Shown: positions 8,175-14,565 of the stretch, piece by piece
How positions within the stretch are numbered: the stretch's first letter is position 1
How the letters are laid out: each line of letters begins with the position of its first letter
NCBI GenBank assembly: GCA_048938445.1
Contig: JBHLME010000076.1
Coordinates: 1 to 21,489, forward strand
Direction of reading: 5' to 3'
Length of the DNA stretch: 21,489 bases
Source: Promethearchaeota archaeon
Lineage (GTDB): Archaea > Asgardarchaeota > Lokiarchaeia > Sigyniarchaeales > SOKP01
Notes under the pieces: generated by a model
Database searches by the model: none
What the model was told of the DNA's origin: nothing
The model's input: only the letters and a program-made list of their open reading frames with translations
Made by a program: the position numbers and the translations under genes

Positions 8175-8216
8175 GATGTGATCATTGGAAAGAAAACAAG
8201 TCGCTTCTATACGACC
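8175..8216 (+). repeat. Conserved array spacer element, copy B
   Basis: GATGTGATCATTGGAAAGAAAACAAGTCGCTTCTATACGACC is homologous to 7206-7247 (-). Confidence 0.7.
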
Positions 8217-8264
8217 AAAGGTAAAAAATTTATGAGTAAAATAAGTTAGTTTAATTAAAAAATT

Positions 8265-8339
8265 AGGGGTGTCGATTAGTCAGGTTAGGTCACCGTTCTG
8301 ATACAGCGGAGAACGTGAGTTCAAATCTCACCACCCCTA
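8265..8339 (+). tRNA. tRNA-Ile(GAU)
   Basis: Acceptor AGGGGTG/CACCCCT-A; anticodon arm CCGTT-CTGATAC-AGCGG; T-arm GTGAG-TTCAAAT-CTCAC. Confidence 0.92.
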
Positions 8340-8346
8340 CTAAAAT

Positions 8347-8368
8347 GAGCTTGTGGCTCAATCTGGTC
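8347..8368 (+). pseudogene. 5' fragment of a tRNA (acceptor 5' strand plus half of the D-arm)
   Basis: GAGCTTG-TG-GCTC-AATCTGGTC begins 7 nt after tRNA-Ile. No anticodon arm, T-arm or matching acceptor 3' strand follows. Confidence 0.6.
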
Positions 8369-8424
8369 ATCACAAAAAATTCACAAATTGATGAAAAAAT
8401 CCCTTTCCACTCTTGTACATTAAA

Positions 8425-8497
8425 TGGAGTGTGATCTAATGGCTAGGATGCTTCCTTTACGAGGAAGATGATGCAGGTTCGATTCCTGCCACTCCAA
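8425..8497 (+). tRNA. tRNA-Val(UAC)
   Basis: Acceptor TGGAGTG/CACTCCA-A; anticodon arm CTTCC-TTTACGA-GGAAG; T-arm GCAGG-TTCGATT-CCTGC. Confidence 0.93.
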
Positions 8498-8507
8498 CTC
8501 TAAGAGA

Positions 8508-8580
8508 GAGGGTATGGCCAAGTGGATGAGGCAGTGGGCTTCTAACCCACAGATCGTCGGTTCAAATCCGATTACCCTCT
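8508..8580 (+). tRNA. tRNA-Arg(UCU)
   Basis: Acceptor GAGGGTA/TACCCTC-T; anticodon arm GTGGG-CTTCTAA-CCCAC; A20 in the D-loop. Confidence 0.93.
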
Positions 8581-8589
8581 AATAAAAAT

Positions 8590-8663
8590 GGGAGTGTAGC
8601 ATAGTTGTTTAGTGCATTGGGCTCCAAACTCGAAGGTCACCGGTTCAAATCCGGTCACTCCTA
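8590..8663 (+). tRNA. tRNA-Trp(CCA), intron-less
   Basis: Acceptor GGGAGTG/CACTCCT-A; anticodon arm TTGGG-CTCCAAA-CTCGA; D-loop lacks the G18G19 pair. Confidence 0.9.
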
Positions 8664-8672
8664 TGATATAAA

Positions 8673-8745
8673 GGGCTATTAGCGTAGTGGCTAACGCAGC
8701 GGGCCTTTAACCCGAAGAACGGGGGTTCAAATCCCTCATAGCCCA
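8673..8745 (+). tRNA. tRNA-Lys(UUU), atypical C33
   Basis: Acceptor GGGCTAT/ATAGCCC-A; anticodon arm GCGGG-CCTTTAA-CCCGA. Confidence 0.9.
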
Positions 8746-8753
8746 TAAATCTT

Positions 8754-8825
8754 ACGGACGTAGTATAATCGGGAAGAATTTCAAATTCATGATCTGAGGT
8801 AGTGGCTCAAATCCACTCGTCCGTA
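8754..8825 (+). tRNA. tRNA with CAU anticodon (probably Met), divergent
   Basis: Acceptor ACGGACG/CGTCCGT-A (A1-U72); anticodon arm TCAAA-TTCATGA-TCTGA; T-loop CTCAAAT. Lacks the initiator's three G-C anticodon-stem pairs. Confidence 0.78.
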
Positions 8826-8834
8826 TTTAAATAA

Positions 8835-8907
8835 ACACCCGTGGTCCAAGGGATAGGGCCCTCGCCTTCGAAGCGATAAGATGTAGGTTCAAGTCCTACC
8901 GGGTGTA
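8835..8907 (+). tRNA. tRNA-Arg(UCG)
   Basis: Acceptor ACACCCG/CGGGTGT-A; anticodon arm CTCGC-CTTCGAA-GCGAT; T-arm GTAGG-TTCAAGT-CCTAC. Confidence 0.92.
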
Positions 8908-8911
8908 TCAA

Positions 8912-8983
8912 AGGAGTGTAGCTTAGTGGTAGAGCATGGTCCTTATATGGCTAAGGTCGAAGGTTCAATTCCTTCCACTCCTA
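8912..8983 (+). tRNA. tRNA-Ile(UAU)
   Basis: Acceptor AGGAGTG/CACTCCT-A; D-arm GCTT/GAGC; anticodon arm TGGTC-CTTATAT-GGCTA; T-arm GAAGG-TTCAATT-CCTTC. Confidence 0.87.
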
Positions 8984-9066
8984 TTTTAATATAATTGATA
9001 TCTTGAAAGATTATGTACTTTAAAATTTTTCATAAGTAACTAATTAAAATATAATTTGTCCAATTA

Positions 9067-9600
9067 CTACCAAGTAATTTCAAAAATAGATTTATCTTTA
9101 TCAATAATTTCAACTGTACTTGTTTCAATCCCGAACATTTCCAAAATTCCTATAAAAACACCTTTAAACAACAAGGCATCATAAGATTTAGCTGGTGCGG
9201 GAGCTTGAATTATGACATGCCCCTCCTCAAATTTTATAATTTCTCGGGGTATGACTTTAGAGACATCATCATCTTTATGGTCATTGAGAAATGTTTGTGA
9301 CTCATATCTTAGAGCTTCCGAAGGCCTTTCAAAATCTGGTAAACCAACAGTCTGCTTTATTATTGGAAAGATATTTTTTCCCATATTAACCAAAGCATTC
9401 ATGCCCAATGGAGATGCTTCAATATATGTATTTAAAAACAATTCGAGTAACTCACCATCATACCATCCTTCGGGTTCAAGTTCACTAAAATGTTTTCCTA
9501 TTTTATTATAAAGTGCTTGATCTGCTTTTTTTTGGTCATCTTTATAAAGATTCATTAATCTTCCGCAGAAAGTAATATACTTTCCATGTACTTGTACCAT
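9067..9600 (-). CDS. Hypothetical soluble protein, possibly H-NOX/V4R-like ligand-binding fold
   Basis: 177-aa ORF with protein-like composition. LEPEGWYD...LVNMGK...FKGVFIGILEMFG...FEITW is reminiscent of H-NOX/V4R-type proteins (inference). Confidence 0.7.
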   Translation of the reverse strand: MVQVHGKYITFCGRLMNLYKDDQKKADQALYNKIGKHFSELEPEGWYDGELLELFLNTYIEASPLGMNALVNMGKNIFPIIKQTVGLPDFERPSEALRYESQTFLNDHKDDDVSKVIPREIIKFEEGHVIIQAPAPAKSYDALLFKGVFIGILEMFGIETSTVEIIDKDKSIFEITW

Positions 9601-9813
9601 ATTCTTGAATTATATGAAATATAGTTAAATTATAAATATTGATATCTATAATTATTTAACTTTGCCTTATTTAAGTGTTGCAAATTTCAATTATCACTTC
9701 ATAAATAATTATTGAGTTAATAATAAAAGAATCTAAAATTAATACGAAGATTATTTGGATCTCAATTTCTTTAACAATATTTGTAGGATAATTTATCCTA
9801 TTATATTTAAGTT

Positions 9814-9830
9814 GAAAAAAAGTTTATATA
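9814..9830 (+). promoter_or_regulatory. BRE-TATA promoter of the corrinoid/methyltransferase pair
   Basis: GAAAAAAAG-TTTATATA, 70 nt upstream of the ATG at 9901. Confidence 0.55.
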
Positions 9831-9900
9831 ATTACTTTACTCATTTGAATAATATCAAATTTAATTATAATTTTTAAAAAATCTAAAAGGATGTACAAAT

Positions 9901-10533
9901 ATGTCTAATGATTTAATTAATTTAATAGTAGAATTAAATGAAAAAGAATCGATTGAGGCAATTCAAGAAAAGATTAAATCTGGTGAAGATCCTTTTAAAA
10001 TTCTTGATGATGTAAGAATTGCAATGGGAGAGATTGGTAAAAGATATGAGACTAATGAATATTTCTTGGCAGATTTGATGATGTCTGGTGAAATCTTACG
10101 ACAGATCAGTGAAATTTTAGAACCACATTTAAAAACAAATACAAAAACTGAAAGTATTGGGATTATTCTCTTGGGTACAGTTGCAGGTGATTTACATGAT
10201 ATCGGTAAAAATATTGTAAAATTTATGCTAGAAACGAATGGTTTTGAGGTTCATGATCTTGGTGTAGATATACCAAGTGAGAAATTCGTTGAAAAAGCTA
10301 AAGAAATAAATGCAGATGTAATTGCTCTTAGTGGATTTCTTACCCTAGCTTATGATTCAATGAAAGAAACAATTGAAGAAATTGTTAAAGCAGGATTAAG
10401 AGATAAGGTAAAAATAATGATAGGAGGAGGACAAATAGACGATAGAATAAAAGATTATGTCGGTGCCGATGCATATGGTAAGGATGCTTTAGAAGCAGTG
10501 GCTCTTGCTAAAAAATGGGTGGGTACTACTTGA
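9901..10533 (+). CDS. Cobalamin-binding corrinoid protein (MtbC/MtmC-like methyl carrier)
   Basis: Cap domain (IGKRYETNEYFLADLMMSG) plus B12 motifs GTVAGDLHDIGKNIV, LSG and MIGGG. Confidence 0.93.
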   Translation: MSNDLINLIVELNEKESIEAIQEKIKSGEDPFKILDDVRIAMGEIGKRYETNEYFLADLMMSGEILRQISEILEPHLKTNTKTESIGIILLGTVAGDLHDIGKNIVKFMLETNGFEVHDLGVDIPSEKFVEKAKEINADVIALSGFLTLAYDSMKETIEEIVKAGLRDKVKIMIGGGQIDDRIKDYVGADAYGKDALEAVALAKKWVGTT

Positions 10534-10568
10534 TAATCCTTTTTAAAAAAAATTGAGAGGTAATATAT

Positions 10569-11906
10569 ATGGTAAATAAGAGTGAAGAAGAATTAATGAA
10601 TGAAAAACAAGAAGAAATGCTTAAAGGATGGCTTTCACCACAAACTTTTGAGTTTCCTAATCCCGAAACAGAAAAATTATACAAAGAAAGAACAACCATA
10701 ATAAAGGATGCAATTCAATTAAAAAAAATTCCTGATAGAATACCCGTTATCTTAACTATTGGATTTTTTCCCGCATATTATAGTGGGTTTACTCCAAGAG
10801 AAATAATGTACGACTATGATAAATTATTTAGCGCGTGGAAAAAATATGTAGTAGATTTTAGTCCAGATGCTCATATTGGTGCTTTTGCTCCAGGATCAGG
10901 CAAAATTTTTGATATTCTTGACTATAAATTATATGCATGGCCTGGTCATGGGTGCTCGCCTAATCATTCATATCAATGTCTTGAAAAAGAATATATGCAG
11001 GCAAATGAATATGATGACCTAATTCAAGATCCTTCGGGTTTTTTTAGAAGTGTCTATTTACCAAGAATATTTGGGGCATTAGATCCTTTTAAAATGCTTG
11101 CACCACTCACCAATATTCTTGAAATTGTCTTTGTAGGAGGAGCAATAGTACCATACGGATTCCCAGAAGTTCAAGCGGCTGTAAGCAAACTTTTAGAGGC
11201 AGGAAGCGAAGCCTTAAAATGGGGTGGTGTTCTAGGAGCTTTTGATAAAGAGATGGGTGAATTGGGCTATCCAAACTTTTTTGGAGGTGCTACAAAGGCT
11301 CCTTTTGATACTATAGGTGATACTTTAAGGGGAACGAATGGTATAATGCTCGATATGTATCGACAACCTGACAATCTTCTTGAAGCACTTGATGCGATGG
11401 TTCCTTTAATGATAAAAATGGGTGTATCTGCGGCTAAAATGCATGGAAATCCCATTATATTTATCCCATTACATAAAGGTGCTGATGGATTCATATCAGA
11501 TGAACAATATAGGACTTTTTATTGGCCATCATTTAGAAAAGTTCTTATTGGCTTAGTTAAAGAAGGGTGCATCCCATTTCCTTACGCAGAAGGAGGGTAT
11601 AATTCACGACTGGAAGTCATTAAGGATTTACCAAAAGGAAAAGTAGTCTGGGGATTTGATCATGTCGATATGGTAAAGGCTAAAGAGATCTTAGGAGATA
11701 CTTGCTGTATTGGTGGAAATGTTCCTATTTCACTATTAAATGTAGGTACTCCCCAACAAGTAAAAGATCACGTAAAAAATCTCATTGATACTGTTGGAAA
11801 AGATGGGGGTTATATTATGATGAATGGAACTGTCGTTGAAGAAGCGAAACCTGAAAATGTAAAAGCTATGATAAATTTCACTAAAGAATACGGTATTTAT
11901 AAATAA
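10569..11906 (+). CDS. Uroporphyrinogen decarboxylase-family methyltransferase (MtbA/CmuA-like, MT2)
   Basis: PDRIPV, PFDTIGDTLRG, FISDEQYRTFYWP, CIGGNVP, GGYIM and AKPENVKAM; adjacent to the corrinoid protein. Confidence 0.88.
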   Translation: MVNKSEEELMNEKQEEMLKGWLSPQTFEFPNPETEKLYKERTTIIKDAIQLKKIPDRIPVILTIGFFPAYYSGFTPREIMYDYDKLFSAWKKYVVDFSPDAHIGAFAPGSGKIFDILDYKLYAWPGHGCSPNHSYQCLEKEYMQANEYDDLIQDPSGFFRSVYLPRIFGALDPFKMLAPLTNILEIVFVGGAIVPYGFPEVQAAVSKLLEAGSEALKWGGVLGAFDKEMGELGYPNFFGGATKAPFDTIGDTLRGTNGIMLDMYRQPDNLLEALDAMVPLMIKMGVSAAKMHGNPIIFIPLHKGADGFISDEQYRTFYWPSFRKVLIGLVKEGCIPFPYAEGGYNSRLEVIKDLPKGKVVWGFDHVDMVKAKEILGDTCCIGGNVPISLLNVGTPQQVKDHVKNLIDTVGKDGGYIMMNGTVVEEAKPENVKAMINFTKEYGIYK

Positions 11907-12178
11907 ATTCTCGATTGATGATAAATAAGTTTAAGAGGTATATCTGAATAGTTATAAGACTCTTTCTCAATCAAGAATTATTATCATTTTTTTTATTAGA
12001 TTTAGCTTTATATAAATAAATTAATTCTTTAATTTGATAATAATAATCCATTAACACTTTCCATTACATTTTTAAATTTAAAATTCCAATGGATGATTAA
12101 TTACTAGTTTAGAATTTTAATTAATCAATTTGTATAATAATTTTTAATAATTAATAATCATCATAAGGGTAATTAAAA

Positions 12179-13594
12179 ATGTTACAAACAATCAAAGATA
12201 AACTCGATAAAACATTCCATAAAATTTTTAGCAATAGCCATTTGATCTATACTTTACTTTTCTTACTCATCATTTTATTAATTTTATTGTTCAGTATCAC
12301 GCAAGATCCACAAATAGGAAATATTGCATTATTCATTGCAACCACCAGCGCATTAACTTTTATATTTATGATGATTTTATCGCTTTATCCCAATTTAGAA
12401 GAAAGCTTTTTTCTATCAGAGAAAATATTTGAAAAGAGAAAGGTATTCTTATTCTTAGGCATGTTCCTTATTAGTTTTATTATAGTTTTAATATATTTCT
12501 TTACAGGATCTTCAAACCAACTCGCAATTCAATTTTTAGGATGGGATTTATTGCTCCCAATATTCTTTATCATTGTTTATTTTGGGTGGAATATTGTTCA
12601 AATTTGGTTTATTAAATCAGGTTTTGAAGATATTTCCAGTAAAATTGATGATAAACTGATTGGCTCAAAAGGAGATAGAACTGATAAGACATATTTGAGT
12701 ATTTTATTTTTAATTATTGCCTTGTTAATCCCTGTCTTAATGCAAATTGGAACTTTAATTGGATTTATGAATTATTTTTTACCACAGAATCCTGGAGATC
12801 CTCTAAACGATTTAATTTTATACATTGGATGGAATGTTATCATGTTCATTATAATTTTTTTGATATCATTACGTTTAATCTTACTTTTCGTTCAAAGCAA
12901 GAAGAAAAATACTCCAAATATTTTTTCCTCAATTTTTTATATCTTAATCGGAATTATCATTTGGTTCCGATCATTTAATTTCGTTAATTCATTCCAAAAC
13001 GTTACCTCAACATTGGGAGTAGAAGTATTTACAAATCTTATGGATATTTTATTGATGTTATTTACTTCGATAATGCTCTTAAGAGGTTTGGGTAATAAAG
13101 TATATAAATTTCGCATTTTTACACCAAATAACCTTCCTTTTTTCCTCTTTACATTCGCAATTCTCTACATTGAAGGACAAGTAATCATGATAACCGGAGG
13201 GGGGTCCATCTCACCTACTTTAACTGATTTCAAACAAATTAAACTCGTAAATAATTTTATTATTTTATTAGTAACAGTCATCTTCTATTGGTGGTATGCA
13301 AAATATAGTTTAGAACAAAAGGAATTGATTTTCAAGGGCTCATTTAAACCACGTGAAGTATATAGTATTTTAAAGGACTTTAAAATTCATTTAGAAAAAT
13401 ATGATTATCTTGAAACTAATAAGATAGATGACCAGGATATAAAATCATTTCTAAAAACTAAAAAAATAATAATTCTTGATGATGAAAAGGAAAAAGAATT
13501 GAAAACTGATATAAATTTTCAGGATTCTAATTCTAATAAAAGTGATCTTGAAGAGGAATCACTAGATATTGATATTGATGACAATTTGATATAA
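12179..13594 (+). CDS. Polytopic membrane protein of unknown function with acidic C-terminal tail
   Basis: 471 aa, roughly 10-11 hydrophobic segments, D/E-rich tail. Confidence 0.8.
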   Translation: MLQTIKDKLDKTFHKIFSNSHLIYTLLFLLIILLILLFSITQDPQIGNIALFIATTSALTFIFMMILSLYPNLEESFFLSEKIFEKRKVFLFLGMFLISFIIVLIYFFTGSSNQLAIQFLGWDLLLPIFFIIVYFGWNIVQIWFIKSGFEDISSKIDDKLIGSKGDRTDKTYLSILFLIIALLIPVLMQIGTLIGFMNYFLPQNPGDPLNDLILYIGWNVIMFIIIFLISLRLILLFVQSKKKNTPNIFSSIFYILIGIIIWFRSFNFVNSFQNVTSTLGVEVFTNLMDILLMLFTSIMLLRGLGNKVYKFRIFTPNNLPFFLFTFAILYIEGQVIMITGGGSISPTLTDFKQIKLVNNFIILLVTVIFYWWYAKYSLEQKELIFKGSFKPREVYSILKDFKIHLEKYDYLETNKIDDQDIKSFLKTKKIIILDDEKEKELKTDINFQDSNSNKSDLEEESLDIDIDDNLI

Positions 13595-13610
13595 TAATAT
13601 AAAGTAATAG

Positions 13611-13694
13611 CGTGAGGGATGGGATTTGAACCCATGGTGGACCAGCCACATCAACTTAGCAAGTTGACACATTACCTGACTATATTACCCTCAC
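13611..13694 (-). tRNA. tRNA-Ser(GCU)
   Basis: Acceptor GTGAGGG/CCCTCAC-G; anticodon arm TCAAC-TTGCTAA-GTTGA; long variable arm GTGG-CTGGT-CCAC. Confidence 0.92.
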
Positions 13695-13703
13695 ATTTAT
13701 TAG

Positions 13704-13791
13704 CGCGACCGGGAGGATTCGAACCTCCGGTGGTGTAAAACCACTCCCACTCTCAAGGCAGGTACCTTCGGCCAGGCTCAGTCACGGCCGC
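13704..13791 (-). tRNA. tRNA-Ser(UGA)
   Basis: Acceptor GCGGCCG/CGGTCGC-G; anticodon arm CCTGC-CTTGAGA-GTGGG; long variable arm; G73. Confidence 0.9.
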
Positions 13792-13799
13792 TTTTTTAA

Positions 13800-13883
13800 T
13801 ACGGGAATGCGGATTTGAACCGCAGAACCTCCTACGAGGAGTAGTGTTTGAATCTACTGCCTTTATCACTCAGCCATTCCCGT
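13800..13883 (-). tRNA. tRNA-Leu(CAA)
   Basis: Acceptor ACGGGAA/TTCCCGT-A; anticodon arm GTAGA-TTCAAAC-ACTAC (31-39 mismatch); variable arm TCCT-CGT-AGGA; A73. Confidence 0.83.
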
Positions 13884-13889
13884 TTTTTA

Positions 13890-13973
13890 TGGTGCGGATG
13901 GCAGGATTTGAACCTGCGATGCACTTAGCACCAGCTCCTAAGGCTGGCTCCTTACCAATTCGGTCACATCCGC
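13890..13973 (-). tRNA. tRNA-Leu(UAG), CCA encoded
   Basis: Acceptor GCGGATG/CATCCGC-ACCA; anticodon arm CCAGC-CTTAGGA-GCTGG; long variable region. Confidence 0.94.
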
Positions 13974-13982
13974 ATTGTTTTA

Positions 13983-14064
13983 TGGTACAGGGAGAGGGAT
14001 TCGAACCCACGAGCACTTTGCCATAGATCTTAAGTCTATTGCCTTCCCATTTGGCTATCCCTGC
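13983..14064 (-). tRNA. tRNA-Leu(UAA), CCA encoded
   Basis: Acceptor GCAGGGA/TCCCTGT-ACCA; anticodon arm ATAGA-CTTAAGA-TCTAT; long variable region. Confidence 0.94.
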
Positions 14065-14282
14065 ATATTATTTAGGATTTGGTTTTACATATAGAAGAAC
14101 GAGTAAAAGAAATATGAATTTTCTTGGAAATGAATAAAAATCTTGAATGAAAAAGCTGCTGTTAACTGATCTCTAACTGACTATAACGATAAAAGACTGA
14201 ACAATCTGCTCAGCAACAATAATAAAATATTATTTGAACCATTATTGTACGAGATCATTAAATTTAAAACATATAGTTATGC

Positions 14283-14365
14283 TTATAAATATATCGCATG
14301 ATTTTTCCCACTTTAATGGGTAAAATATTCTGGATTATTCAATATAATAATACTTAAATATATAA
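14283..14365. promoter_or_regulatory. Candidate divergent promoters with a palindromic operator
   Basis: TTATAAAT (14283-14290), palindrome TTTTTCCCA-CTTTAA-TGGGTAAAA (14302-14325) and TTAAATATATAA (14354-14365). Confidence 0.45.
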
Positions 14366-14416
14366 CTCTCTTTCATAAATGTATGTTAAAATGTGTTTAT
14401 AGAATCGGTAATCTTT

Positions 14417-14436
14417 CGACAAGAGAAAGTCGTTAT
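14417..14436. promoter_or_regulatory. CGAC-N8-GTCG motif, copy 2
   Basis: CGACAAGAGAAAGTCGTTAT is 16/20 identical to 7828-7847. Confidence 0.55.
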
Positions 14437-14459
14437 ATGCAATGGGATCACTTTAACAG

Positions 14460-14565
14460 ATAGTCGAGGATCCATCTATAAATATTACACATCTTACATA
14501 GTAATAACTTATTTATAACTAAATACAACCGAATGCTTGATTATCATGGACGGATTCTCGACTAT
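14460..14565 (+). other. 14-bp long-range stem in the intergenic leader
   Basis: ATAGTCGAGGATCC (14460-14473) pairs with GGATTCTCGACTAT (14552-14565), including one G-U pair. Confidence 0.6.

Noticed and set aside
9212-11494. ORFs 9212..9511 (+) and 11267..11494 (-)
   Set aside because: Antisense shadows of real genes.
13704-13883. Alternative readings as Leu(GAG) (13704) or Sec/opal suppressor UCA (13800)
   Set aside because: Stem register centres the loops on TGA and CAA. Discriminators G73 and A73 fit Ser and Leu, and there is no extended Sec acceptor arm.
13844-14026. 60-aa plus-strand ORF
   Set aside because: Antisense translation of the tRNA-Leu genes.
14527-14540. AACCGAATGCT complementary to the tRNA at 14752 (possible C/D guide)
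   Set aside because: Only 11 nt, with no convincing C box or CTGA D box; plausible by chance.
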